Source: Gemmatimonas sp.
GTDB taxonomy: Bacteria > Gemmatimonadota > Gemmatimonadetes > Gemmatimonadales > Gemmatimonadaceae
Assembly (NCBI GenBank): GCA_965279375.1
Contig: OZ257156.1
Coordinates: forward strand, 3,008,001 to 3,072,000
Reading direction: 5' to 3'
Length of the DNA stretch: 64,000 nucleotides
Both the position numbers and the translations under genes were made by a program. Under the pieces are notes generated by a model, which saw only the letters and a list, made by a program, of their open reading frames with translations, did no database searches and was not told the DNA's origin. Shown one piece after another: positions 36,739 to 48,273 of the stretch; within the stretch, counting starts at the first letter, position 1; each line of letters starts with the position of its first letter.

Positions 36739-38217
36739 CTAGGGCGTGATTTTCGGCTTCGCCATCGATGCGTTAGCTGCCGCCCACTGCACGGCCGCAT
36801 CGAGTGCGGGATCTCGCCCGTCCAACAGCGCACGCCTTGTCAGCGGCGCCGGTACATCAGGTCGTACCCCGTCACCCTCGAGCGGCTTCCCCGTAGGTGA
36901 CAGAAAATCTGCGATGGCATGATAAAGGATATCACCGTTCGGCAGGCGCTCCGTTACCGCCGGGAGTGCCTGACCGGACGTCTGCACGCCGAACACACGG
37001 GCTCTGCCCACTGCTTGTAACCCGCCGGCGAAGATCTCGGTCGTGCTGATCGACAGTTCATCCACCACCAACGCCAGCGGCCCGGCATACGGCTTCACGG
37101 CACGTGCTCGCGTATCCACCCGCCGTGGGTTGGAGACAAAGTTGAGCGAAACGCCGCGCTGCTTCATCGTGCCGATGGTCTTGACCGAGTCAATGAAGTG
37201 TCCGGCGATTCCCATCGACATGCCCCCCACGCCACCAAAATTGCCGCGCACATCGAGCACGATGGCGTCGGTGTCACGCAATGAATCCACAGCGGCGTCG
37301 AATTGTGCCGCGAGCACCGGCATCCAGATGTTGAAGCGGATCACGCCGACGGTCTTGTTCCCCTGGCGCACTCGTTCGAACTCGAGCCGGCTGTTGAGTG
37401 GCGGCAGATTGCCGAACTTGGCCAGCGTACCGGGCTCGAGCTCGCGTCGGATCTTCACGGTGCGGAGCGCGTCGCGGCCGTCGCGGAAGCGGGTGAGCAC
37501 GGTGTCGCCCACCGGACCCGCCAACGCCTCGTGCGCCACACTGAACCCCACCAGCGCGGCGCGGCGCGGATCCATGTCCTTGGGAATCCGTGCCAGCATC
37601 GGGGCCAACGGACAACCGCGCACCGACTCCAGCACCCATCCCGTCCGAACTCCGGCACGCTCCGCCGCACCGCCCGACTCGAGCCCCGCCACCACGATCT
37701 CGCCGTCGAGCAGCCGGAGCGTCGCCCCGATCGACCCGCTCCGATCCTCGACCGATCGCGTGCTGCTGGAGGCTGCGACGTCGCTCACTTCGCGCGGGAT
37801 GATGGAGAAATGGGACTGGCGAAGCGTCCCGACCAGCGTCTGCAGCACGGTCCGCAACTCGCCCGTCGTGCGCGCGGCGGCGGCCTTCGGGCGGAGAGAG
37901 TCCCGGACCGCTTTCCAGTTCACGCCATTGTAGGTGGTGTCCCAGTGCGTGCGCCCGATGATCGACCAGGCCGAATCGAAGCTCACCAGCGGATCGGAGA
38001 CGGGCGTGTCGTTGAGGGAGGCCGTCGAGGGCGCCGGCGCGGCGCATGCTGCGCTGGCTCCAGCCGCCATCCCGGACGCACTGGCGGGGCCACTCGAACG
38101 GCCCGGGGCTCGGCAGGCGACCGCCGCGGCGACCGCGACGAGGAGGAGCGTCGGGAGGGCGCGAACGGCAGGTACAGCGTGCGGCATGTGATGCGGGCTC
38201 ATGGTGTGCGGATTCAT
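36739..38217 (-). CDS. S41 family peptidase lipoprotein with PDZ domain
   Basis: AVAC lipobox, QSHF, LDVRGNFGG, SISTTEIFAGG, LPNG, EGDGVRPD. Confidence 0.85.
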   Translation of the reverse strand: MNPHTMSPHHMPHAVPAVRALPTLLLVAVAAAVACRAPGRSSGPASASGMAAGASAACAAPAPSTASLNDTPVSDPLVSFDSAWSIIGRTHWDTTYNGVNWKAVRDSLRPKAAAARTTGELRTVLQTLVGTLRQSHFSIIPREVSDVAASSSTRSVEDRSGSIGATLRLLDGEIVVAGLESGGAAERAGVRTGWVLESVRGCPLAPMLARIPKDMDPRRAALVGFSVAHEALAGPVGDTVLTRFRDGRDALRTVKIRRELEPGTLAKFGNLPPLNSRLEFERVRQGNKTVGVIRFNIWMPVLAAQFDAAVDSLRDTDAIVLDVRGNFGGVGGMSMGIAGHFIDSVKTIGTMKQRGVSLNFVSNPRRVDTRARAVKPYAGPLALVVDELSISTTEIFAGGLQAVGRARVFGVQTSGQALPAVTERLPNGDILYHAIADFLSPTGKPLEGDGVRPDVPAPLTRRALLDGRDPALDAAVQWAAANASMAKPKITP

Positions 38218-38328
38218 ACGGGACGGGTTGCGACGGGTTTCGGGCGTGTCAGAACCGTGACCGGACACTCGCGGTAAGCGCGCATCGGGGGTTACCATGC
38301 AAGGTCCTGAACTCCGATCAGCCCCGAC

Positions 38329-39491
38329 ATGTCTACGCGACTTCATACGCTGCACGCCGCCGGCCAGTCACTCTGGCTTGACTATATCGACCGCGCCATG
38401 CTTTCCAATGGCGACCTCGAGCGACGCATTCGGGAGGACGCCCTCACCGGGATGACCTCCAATCCGACCATCTTCGAGAAGGCGTTGGCCGAAGGCACCG
38501 CCTACGACGCCCAGATGGCCAGTCTCCCCGCCGCGCTCTCCGATCGTGAAGCCTTCGAAGCGGTCGCGGCCACCGATGTCCGCGACGCGTGCGACCGATT
38601 CCGCGGCGTGTACGAGGCTACCAAGGGGGTTGACGGTTACGTCTCGCTGGAGGTCTCACCCGATCTCGCGCGCGACGCCGACGGCACGGTCCATGAGGCG
38701 CTCAAGCTGTGGGCGCTGGTGGATCGCCCTAACCTGATGATCAAGGTTCCCGGCACCCCCGAGGGCGCCGATGCGGTCCGTCGTCTCATCGCGGCCGGCC
38801 TCAACGTCAACGTCACGCTGCTCTTTGCGGTCGAAGCGCACGCCCGCGTGATCGAGGCGTACATCGCCGGTCTCGAAGAGCGCGCGGCCGCCGGCCACCC
38901 GATCGATCGCATCGCCTCGGTGGCCAGCTTCTTCGTCAGCCGCGTGGATTCGGCGATCGATAAGCAGCTCGACACCAAGGCCGCTGCCGACCCGGCGCAG
39001 GCCGACGCCCTGTGCGCGCTCAAGGAAAGGCCGCCATCGCCAACGCCAAGCTCGCGTACCAGCTGTTCCTGAAGGAGTTCGCCGGCGCGCGCTGGAACGC
39101 ACTCGCGGCACAGGGCGCGCGCGTGCAGCGCCCGCTCTGGGCCAGCACGAGCACCAAGAACCCGTCGTACCGCGACGTCATCTACGTGGAAGAGCTGGTC
39201 GGTCCGGACACAGTAAACACGCTGCCGCCGGCCACACTCGAGGCCTTCCGCGACCATGGTGAAACGCGCCAGTCCGTCATCACGGATCTGGATGGCGCCT
39301 CGCGGTCCCTCGCGGATCTCGCGGCCCACGGCATCGCGCTCGACGCCGTGACCAACACGTTGCTGGTCGAGGGACTCGCGTCTTTCGAGCAGTCTTTTGT
39401 CACGCTCCTCGCAGGTATCGCGCGCAAGCGCGCCGCCCTCGCCGAGCAGACGCCACTCGCCTCCGGAGCATCGGCAGTTGCCAGCCACTGA
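38329..39491 (+). pseudogene. tal: Transaldolase (long type), split by a single-base frameshift near 39024
   Basis: GQSLWLD, TSNPTIF, VSLEVSP, MIKVP, NVTLLF, SFFVSR in one frame; QRPLWAST, VNTLP in another. May be a sequencing error. Confidence 0.85.
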
Positions 39492-39507
39492 ATTGGACGA
39501 CTTCGAC

Positions 39508-40995
<1,488 letters not shown>

Positions 40996-41017
40996 GGACG
41001 TCCCACCTGACGTTGGC

Positions 41018-41848
41018 GTGAAGCTGACGTTTCTCGGGACCGGAACGAGTTTCGGCGTGCCGCAGATTGCCTGCGGCTGCGCCGTCTGCCATTCCGCCGA
41101 TCCGCGCGATCGGCGGACACGCTGCGGGGCCGTCATCGATGCAGACGACGGCACACGACTGCTGATCGACACGCCGCCCGAGCTGCGTCTGCAGCTTGTG
41201 GCGGCCGGCGTGCTGGACATCGACGCGGTGCTCTTCACGCACGAACACGCCGATCACATTCACGGCATCGACGACCTGCGCGCCTTCACCATGCGCCGCA
41301 GCACAGCGCTGCCGCTCTACGGCTCGGCGGAAACGCTGCGGACCATTCGCGCGCGTTTCCCATATATCGTGGACGATCGCATGCGCCCGATCCCCGGCAC
41401 CACCAAGCCGGAGGGTACGCTCGTCGAAGTCACGGCGGGCGTCCCGTTTCGCGTACGCGACACGGAGATTCTGCCGTTTTCCGTGCCGCACGGTCGCACC
41501 GAAGTACTGGCCTACCGCGTGGGCGATGTTGCCTATGTCACCGATGCCAAGTCGGTGCCGGATGAAGCGCTGGCGGCGCTGGCGGGTGTGCGCGTGCTCG
41601 TACTGAACGCGCTCATGCACAAGCCGCATCCCACCCATCTCTCCATCAGCGATGCGATCGCCGTGGCGCGCCAAGTTGGCGCCGAACAGACGTATCTCAC
41701 GCACCTGACGCACGAAAGCTTTCACGCCAACCTCGCCGCCGAACTCCCCGAGGGGATCAGCCCGGCGTACGACGGACTTGTCGTGGAGATTCCAACCGGC
41801 GCGCCCGCAACGGCTGCGCACCGCGCTGCCCCCGACTCGGACAGGTAA
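41018..41848 (+). CDS. MBL-fold metallohydrolase, PhnP-like
   Basis: LGTGTSFGVP..ACGCAVC, THEHADHIHG, HPTH, THLTH. Confidence 0.9.
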   Translation: MKLTFLGTGTSFGVPQIACGCAVCHSADPRDRRTRCGAVIDADDGTRLLIDTPPELRLQLVAAGVLDIDAVLFTHEHADHIHGIDDLRAFTMRRSTALPLYGSAETLRTIRARFPYIVDDRMRPIPGTTKPEGTLVEVTAGVPFRVRDTEILPFSVPHGRTEVLAYRVGDVAYVTDAKSVPDEALAALAGVRVLVLNALMHKPHPTHLSISDAIAVARQVGAEQTYLTHLTHESFHANLAAELPEGISPAYDGLVVEIPTGAPATAAHRAAPDSDR

Positions 41849-41853
41849 TTCCA

Positions 41854-43242
41854 ATGACGCTCGCGATCGACTTCACCAACATGATGGCTGGTGCGCTCCC
41901 CAACGGCGCCGGCATCACCGATGCGCAGTTGGCCGAGGCCGCCGCGCCATTGGCGGCGGCGCACGCGGCGGTACACGCCAAGCGTGATTCGCTCGGATTC
42001 CTTTCGCTGCCCACCAACGAAGCGGTGCTCGCCAGCACGCTCGCCGTCGCGGAGAACGCCAAGGGGCGCTTCACCGATGTGTTGCTGCTCGGTATCGGCG
42101 GTTCCGCGTTGGGCCCGATCGCGTTGCGCACCGCGCTGCGTCCGCTGGGGTGGAACGCGCTCGACAGCGCATCGCGCGGCGGCTATCCGCGGTTGCATGT
42201 GCTCGACAACGTGGATCCGGTCACCATCGGCACGATGCTCGCGCGACTCGATCTCGCCAACACGCTCGTGCTCGTCGTATCCAAGTCAGGCGGTACGGTC
42301 GAGACGATGGCGCAGTATCTCATCGTGCGTGAGGCACTCGCTCGCGCACTCGGCGAAAAGCGCGCGCGAGAGCATCTCGTCTTCGTGACCGATCCCGAGG
42401 TCGGCGCGCTGCGTCGCATCGCGCGCGCCGAAGGCATTCCCACGCTCGATATTCCGCCCAACGTGGGCGGCCGATTCTCGGTGCTCTCGCCGGTAGGACT
42501 GTTGCCGGCGGCGCTGATCGGCATCGATGTGCGGGCGTTGCTCGCGGGCGCAGCCGACATCATGCGGCGCGCCGAATCCGCGGAGTTGAGCAAGAATCCC
42601 GCAGGTGCATTCGCGGTGCTGCAGTGGCTGTCGGACACCAAGCATGGCCGACATGTGCAGGTGCTGATGCCCTACTCCGATCCGCTGCGTGATGTGGCGC
42701 TCTGGTTTGTGCAGCTCTGGGCCGAGTCACTCGGGAAGACGCGCGCCGACGGCTCGCTGGCCGGTCCCACGCCGCTGCCCGCGCTGGGGGCCACCGATCA
42801 GCACTCGCAGGTGCAGCTGTTCATGGAGGGCCCGCTCGACAAGACCGTGACGTTCATCGCGGTGAACGGCCGCACCGCCGACGGGCCGATCCCGTCGCGC
42901 CACGCCGACATCCCCGAATTGGCCTACATCGGTGGACACACGCTCGGCGAGTTGCTGGACGTCGAGCGGAGGGCCACGGCTGGTGCGCTGGCGGCGCGCG
43001 GGCGCTTCAACGCGACGCTCGCCGTGGATGCCGTCGATGCATGGCATGTCGGTGCACTGTTGCAGTGCTTTGCATTGGCGACCGCCTACGCTGGCGAGCT
43101 GTACGGCGTCAACGCGTTCGATCAGCCCGGCGTGGAGCTCGGGAAGAACTTCGCGTATGCGATGCTGGGCAAGCCGGGGAGCGAGAAGGCGCGCGCCGAA
43201 TGGGACGCGCTCCCCAAGCCCGACCCGAAGTATCAGCTGTAG
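41854..43242 (+). CDS. pgi: Glucose-6-phosphate isomerase (short type)
   Basis: GIGGSALG, SKSGGTVET, VGGRFSVLS, QLWAESLGK, DQHS, FDQPGVELGK. Confidence 0.95.
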   Translation: MTLAIDFTNMMAGALPNGAGITDAQLAEAAAPLAAAHAAVHAKRDSLGFLSLPTNEAVLASTLAVAENAKGRFTDVLLLGIGGSALGPIALRTALRPLGWNALDSASRGGYPRLHVLDNVDPVTIGTMLARLDLANTLVLVVSKSGGTVETMAQYLIVREALARALGEKRAREHLVFVTDPEVGALRRIARAEGIPTLDIPPNVGGRFSVLSPVGLLPAALIGIDVRALLAGAADIMRRAESAELSKNPAGAFAVLQWLSDTKHGRHVQVLMPYSDPLRDVALWFVQLWAESLGKTRADGSLAGPTPLPALGATDQHSQVQLFMEGPLDKTVTFIAVNGRTADGPIPSRHADIPELAYIGGHTLGELLDVERRATAGALAARGRFNATLAVDAVDAWHVGALLQCFALATAYAGELYGVNAFDQPGVELGKNFAYAMLGKPGSEKARAEWDALPKPDPKYQL

Positions 43243-43349
43243 ATTTTCGGAAGGAAATTCCTGGGACGCGCGCGAGGCGATGGCGCGTTCGAACTTTTCA
43301 CATGAAGCCGCACCGGCCGCTCGCCGCAGCCGGACAGGACTCTGATAGC

Positions 43350-44768
43350 ATGACCGATAACAAGTCCGCTGGATCCACGCTCTTTGGTGGTGCCGTCACG
43401 GTGAGCGATGGACGTGTGCATTTGCACGATGCTGCTGCGCTCAAGTCGGCGCACCTCGACGCGCTGGTACGTCAGGCCGTCTTTGGCGACGAAGGCGAGC
43501 GCATGGTTGCGCGCTGGATGCTCTGGGAGCTGGGCCAGATCGTTGGCGTGCGGCCTGCCTCCATTCACGACCTCTACACGGCGCGTGGACAGGGCAAGTG
43601 CGGTGGCTTCACGGTGCCGGCCATCAACGTGCGCGGAGTCACGTACGACACGGCGCGCGCCATCTTCCGTACGGCGCTCGCGCTCGATGCGGGCGCGTTC
43701 ATCTTTGAAATCGCGCGCTCGGAGATCGCCTACACGGAACAGCGTCCTGACGAGTACGTCTCGGTCATCATCGCGGCTGCGCTGCGCGAAGGCTACACCG
43801 GCCCGTTGTTCATTCAGGGCGACCACTTTCAGGTCAACCACAAGAAGTTCGCCGTCGATCCCGTCACCGAAGTCAACGCGGTCAAGGCACTCGTGCGCGA
43901 AGCGGTGGCGGCTGGTTTCTACAACATCGACGTGGACACCTCCACGCTGGTGGACCTGAGCAAGCCGACGCTGACCGAACAGCAGCGCCTCAACTACGAA
44001 GTGTGCGTGGATCTCACGCGCTACGTGCGCGGTGAAGAGCCGAAGGGCATCACGATTTCCATCGGCGGCGAGATCGGCGAAGTCGGCACGGAGAACAGCA
44101 CGCCGGCCGAGCTGCACGCGTTCATGGAAGGGTACAACGCCACGCTGGCGGCACAGGCGCCCGGCATGGCCGGCCTGTCCAAGATCTCGGTACAGTCGGG
44201 TACGTCGCACGGTGGCGTGGTGCTCGCCGACGGCTCGATTGCCGATGTGGCGCTCGACCTCGACACGCTCGAGACGCTCTCCAAGATCGCCCGCGATTCG
44301 TATGGCATGTCTGGTGCAGTACAGCACGGTGCGTCCACTCTTCCCGACACCGCGTTCGGCAACTTCCCGCGCACGGAAACGGCAGAGATTCACCTTGCAA
44401 CAAACTTCCAGACGATGATGTACGATCATCTGCCGGAAGCGCTGCGAGCGGAGATCTACGAGTGGTTGCGCGAGAACGCGAAGGACGAGCGCAAGGCGAC
44501 CGATACGGACGAGCAGTTCTTCTACAAGACGCGCAAGAAGGCGATCGGACCGTTCAAGCGTCAGCTGTGGGGCATGCCGGCCGAGAACAAGGCCAATCTC
44601 GCAGCGGCGTATGAGGCAAAGTTCGAATTTCTGTTCCGTCAGCTGGGTGTCGCGAGTACCAAGACCGTGGTCACGACGTTCGTCTCCACGATCGAACAGC
44701 ACCGTCCGCTTCCGACGGGTGCCAGCACGATCATCGCGGCGCCGGACGACGCGGACCTGAGCGACTGA
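43350..44768 (+). CDS. fba: Class II fructose-bisphosphate aldolase family protein
   Basis: TVPAINVR, QGDHFQ, GGEIGEVG, GTSHGG, AVQHGAS, EIHLAT. Confidence 0.85.
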   Translation: MTDNKSAGSTLFGGAVTVSDGRVHLHDAAALKSAHLDALVRQAVFGDEGERMVARWMLWELGQIVGVRPASIHDLYTARGQGKCGGFTVPAINVRGVTYDTARAIFRTALALDAGAFIFEIARSEIAYTEQRPDEYVSVIIAAALREGYTGPLFIQGDHFQVNHKKFAVDPVTEVNAVKALVREAVAAGFYNIDVDTSTLVDLSKPTLTEQQRLNYEVCVDLTRYVRGEEPKGITISIGGEIGEVGTENSTPAELHAFMEGYNATLAAQAPGMAGLSKISVQSGTSHGGVVLADGSIADVALDLDTLETLSKIARDSYGMSGAVQHGASTLPDTAFGNFPRTETAEIHLATNFQTMMYDHLPEALRAEIYEWLRENAKDERKATDTDEQFFYKTRKKAIGPFKRQLWGMPAENKANLAAAYEAKFEFLFRQLGVASTKTVVTTFVSTIEQHRPLPTGASTIIAAPDDADLSD

Positions 44769-44858
44769 GTTTGGGACTGAGTTTGACGCGTGGTCGTCCG
44801 CTTTCACGGCGGCGACCACGCCTACGTACGAGATGCCGCACAGCGGCAAGGAGGGGCC

Positions 44859-45392
44859 ATGGCTCGACAGGATGAGTACGACGATGACCGCGTGGTGATC
44901 GTCGGGCGCGACAACAGCAGCAACGGGCTGGGCATGATGTTGCTCGGCTTGGCCATTGGCGCTGGTGCCGCGCTGCTGCTCGCTCCGGCCAGTGGCGAGG
45001 AGACGCGTGCGAAGTTGCAGCGCGAAGCGCGTCGGGCCGGTCGTCGTGTGAAGGACGTGACCGATGCGTTCGGCGATCAGGTCAGCGATCGCGTGGGTCG
45101 CACCCGCTCGCGGTTCAGCGAGCAGGTGGATCGCGCGCGCAACGCGGTGGATTCTCGTGTGAACGCCGTGGGCGAAGCGTTCGAGGCGGGGCGTGACGCG
45201 GTGGACGACACGCGTGCGGATTTGGAGCGCGCCGTAGCTGACGCGAAGCGTGCGTATGCGGATAGTCGTCGTGCGTACCACGAGGCGCGCATCGCGCATC
45301 AGCGTGGCGCCCGTGCGGTCGCGCGACGCGACGACGTGTTCGAGGCCGACGGCCAGCTCAACGACGGCGACGGGGCTGCGACCGAAGGCTGA
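44859..45392 (+). CDS. YtxH domain protein
   Basis: GLAIGAGAALLLAPASGEETR plus helical tail; AAGGAGG RBS. Confidence 0.85.
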   Translation: MARQDEYDDDRVVIVGRDNSSNGLGMMLLGLAIGAGAALLLAPASGEETRAKLQREARRAGRRVKDVTDAFGDQVSDRVGRTRSRFSEQVDRARNAVDSRVNAVGEAFEAGRDAVDDTRADLERAVADAKRAYADSRRAYHEARIAHQRGARAVARRDDVFEADGQLNDGDGAATEG

Positions 45393-46305
45393 CGCCGTCG
45401 GAGACATTGTCCGCCGCGTTTGGAATCAGAGCGGCGAAGACAATGTCTTCTTTCTCGCGGGCGGGCTGGCGTTCAACGTCCTGCTCGCCCTCGTGCCGTT
45501 TGTGCTACTGCTGATCGCCGGACTGTCGCTGTTGCTCGGCAGTCAGCCGGCGCAGGCGGCGGCCACCGTCACCGGCTTGGTGCAGGCCCTGCTCCCCACC
45601 GACGCGGCCTCCGCCACCGAGTTGCTGCAGGGCGCTGTCGGTGATGTGCTGCGCACCCGCTCCTCGGTCGGCCTCTACTCGGCGATCGGTTTCGCGTGGT
45701 TCTCCACGCGACTGTTTGGATCGCTGCGCAGCTGCCTGTCGCTGATCTTCGACGGAACCGATCACGGCATCGTCACCGGCAAGCTGTTCGACTTTGCCGC
45801 CACGCTGATTGCGACAGTCGCGGTGGTGGTCTACGTCGTGTTCTCGGCGTACCTCGACCTCGCGACTACACGAGGCGTCGCGGTGCTGGTGGAGATGGGG
45901 CTCCGCGAGTCTGCGATGAGCGGCGTGATGTACGTGATCGGTCGCGTGTTGGCCATCCTCGTCATTTTCCTGCTCTTCTATGCGCTCTACCGCGGGCTGC
46001 CGCGCCATCGGCCCTCGACGCGCACGGCAGCGATAGCGTCCGCGAGTGCCGCGCTGTTCTTCGAGCTCGCGCGCAATGTGTTCACGCTGCTCGTCGCCCG
46101 ATTCGATCCGAGCTCGCTGTATACCGGAACAATCGCGGCCGTGGTCGCGGTGGTCTTCTGGACGTACTATGGCTCGCTGCTCTTTCTCTTGGGCGGCGAG
46201 GTGGCGCAAGCGTACGATCTGCGCCGCAAAGCCAAGTCGCCACCAGCTCCTGCGCCCGCTACCGCGCGCAAATCCTCTCCGAACGCCACGCGCCCCAAAC
46301 CCTGA
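45250..46305 (+). CDS. YihY/BrkB family membrane protein (start uncertain, probably near 45376)
   Basis: AGGLAFNVLLALVP, LYRGLP, FELAR, LYTG, LLGGE. Confidence 0.85.
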   Translation: MRMRIVVVRTTRRASRISVAPVRSRDATTCSRPTASSTTATGLRPKADAVGDIVRRVWNQSGEDNVFFLAGGLAFNVLLALVPFVLLLIAGLSLLLGSQPAQAAATVTGLVQALLPTDAASATELLQGAVGDVLRTRSSVGLYSAIGFAWFSTRLFGSLRSCLSLIFDGTDHGIVTGKLFDFAATLIATVAVVVYVVFSAYLDLATTRGVAVLVEMGLRESAMSGVMYVIGRVLAILVIFLLFYALYRGLPRHRPSTRTAAIASASAALFFELARNVFTLLVARFDPSSLYTGTIAAVVAVVFWTYYGSLLFLLGGEVAQAYDLRRKAKSPPAPAPATARKSSPNATRPKP

Positions 46306-46339
46306 TTTCCGTACACGCGCCCCGCGATCTGCGCGACGA

Positions 46340-46475
46340 CATCGGCACGCATCCGACCGCGACGCCGCGTCGCTCGGGGGCTCCGCTGGCCGGGGTGGGC
46401 TTCGCCGGAGTGGGGCTCGATGAGGATCAGGTCGATGACCCACGCCTCTGTGATGATGTCGACGATGTTCCCTGA
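46340..46475 (-). pseudogene. Possible degenerate C-terminal remnant of an IS91-like transposase
   Basis: Startless minus-strand frame NIVDIITEAWVIDLIL...EAHPGQRSP resembles the MRIVAFIT...VIDxILxHL...RSPP tail I recall from IS91-family proteins. Confidence 0.35.
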
Positions 46476-46506
46476 CTATCTAGCAGGCGAATACTACTCC
46501 GCGGAC

Positions 46507-48066
46507 TCAGGGGATTATCAATGCGGGAAGCGGATTCACAAGCGTGTTTGATCTCACGTTGTAACTGGTGAACCCCGGGGCACCACGCACGATGAGTTCC
46601 AACACCGACAACGTCGGTAAGGTCGCGCCCGACACAATCGGACGGAGGTTGAAGGTGAACCGAACAATTTGAAATGTGCCCGGCTTGGTCAGCGCCAAGC
46701 TGCTTGCGAGCGCGATGGTCGTCATCTTGGAGCCAGAAGCGTCCGGGAACGGCAAATTGCTGAAAACTCCGATGTCGAACTCGCTCGGCGACAGTAGCGT
46801 GCGGGAGTCAAAGGCAAGCCTTAGTGAGTCGTACTTGACCCGGAACGCAATACCTACCAGTTCGTCTGCGGCGGCACCATTGACACTTGGATTGCCCGGA
46901 GCGCTACCCATATCGATGGCGACGGTCAGCGCGACCTGGCGACCGGTTGGACCAGTTGGGGTGATGGGACCCCAAGTGCCAGTAACCTGATACCGGAGAG
47001 GGCAGCTCACGACGATGTCTCGCACGAGGCCGGCCGTTGTCACACCGCTGTAGGCGTACGGACCGGGATTAACGCATCCGATCCGCAGTCCGGGCAAGTT
47101 GATGGCACCCGCATTCGGGATCGTCGGCACGCCCAAGCGATTGAAACTTCCGTCAGCCGCCGTGAATACTGCGGCCAGTGGCGAGCCACCAACCGGCGTC
47201 ACGACGACCGATACACCTGGCAGGGGCGTCCCATCCTCGAGCCTTGTCACCGTACCCGTTATGTTGCCGGCCGGCTGGGCCGGAACAAGATCGGCCGCCA
47301 CGATCAGCTTCGCACGAAAATCGCCTACGGTCGGATCTATCAAAAAGCCAACGCGCTGAAACGCAGTCGTCTGAAGGGGGCCAATCGGCGCAAACGGCTC
47401 GTAGCGGAAGCAGTCGTTCGACATCGCAACGCAACCGATGTCGTTGAAGAAATTGTGGTGGTTACCATCGCCGAGGGGCGGCTCGCCCCAATCCGCGCTG
47501 GGCTCGACCACACCGCCGCGCGGCGTGCTGACGATGAATTCATTGCCTGCGGAGGTCACGCTGCCAGCTGCGGTCGTGACGCTTATTTCGAACGGGAACG
47601 CCTGTACTCCGGTCACACCAGACGGGGGCGTCGGGAAGCTCGGCGTGGTGAGTTGGAAACTCGTGAGCTTGTTCAGGATCTGCAGAGAAAACGTCACGAG
47701 AATCTTGTTCGGCGCGACCGCACCCAAGGCACCCTTTTGGAAGCCGATGGCGATCAGTTCGATGGCGTCACCACCCAGCAAGGAGAACTGCGCGTCGCCG
47801 CCGAGCACGTTCGGATTGAGGCGGGAATTGATGCTGGAGGACGGCGCGGTGATTTTGACGGTGTTCCTGGTGGCGCTGATGTCCATAATGAACGCAGCGC
47901 CACGGTACTGCGCCGGAATGGCCGGCGAAGACGGCAGCACTGGCGCAACTGGCGCGTCGCTTCCCTTTTCGACGCACGCGCCGAGCAACGCGATCGTGGT
48001 TGCTGCAGCGAAAAGACGACCGACAGTGCCGACACTACGCATTGACTGATACTCGCTCGATTGCAT
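46507..48066 (-). CDS. Multidomain lipoprotein: unknown N-domain, carboxypeptidase-regulatory-like domain, cohesin-like C-domain
   Basis: LLGAC lipobox; GNITGTVT...PLPGVSV...TAADGSF; GIAFRVKYD...L.F; visibly more AT-rich codons than neighbours. Confidence 0.7.
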   Translation of the reverse strand: MQSSEYQSMRSVGTVGRLFAAATTIALLGACVEKGSDAPVAPVLPSSPAIPAQYRGAAFIMDISATRNTVKITAPSSSINSRLNPNVLGGDAQFSLLGGDAIELIAIGFQKGALGAVAPNKILVTFSLQILNKLTSFQLTTPSFPTPPSGVTGVQAFPFEISVTTAAGSVTSAGNEFIVSTPRGGVVEPSADWGEPPLGDGNHHNFFNDIGCVAMSNDCFRYEPFAPIGPLQTTAFQRVGFLIDPTVGDFRAKLIVAADLVPAQPAGNITGTVTRLEDGTPLPGVSVVVTPVGGSPLAAVFTAADGSFNRLGVPTIPNAGAINLPGLRIGCVNPGPYAYSGVTTAGLVRDIVVSCPLRYQVTGTWGPITPTGPTGRQVALTVAIDMGSAPGNPSVNGAAADELVGIAFRVKYDSLRLAFDSRTLLSPSEFDIGVFSNLPFPDASGSKMTTIALASSLALTKPGTFQIVRFTFNLRPIVSGATLPTLSVLELIVRGAPGFTSYNVRSNTLVNPLPALIIP

Positions 48067-48273
48067 CGTGGCGTTGGGACGCCGACTTTGGTCCAGGTCC
48101 TGTCCCTGTGCGCTGCGAGGTGCAACTCGCAGCGCACCTCCGTAAAATCAGCGAATGCAGCATAGGCATTCGATGTCACGAACATCGCTCTGCTCGTGTA
48201 TCGAACATCGGTTCGCGGCGGTGGTGTTCACACCTCCTCGCGAGTCCACCCCGACGCACACCCGACCCAAACA

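Noticed and set aside
43233..45407. 724-aa antisense ORF and similar long shadow ORFs (e.g. 22779-24629, 38637-40499, 59770-61581, 5442-6887)
   Set aside because: They overlap well-supported genes on the opposite strand, have no motifs, and are expected from high-GC codon bias.
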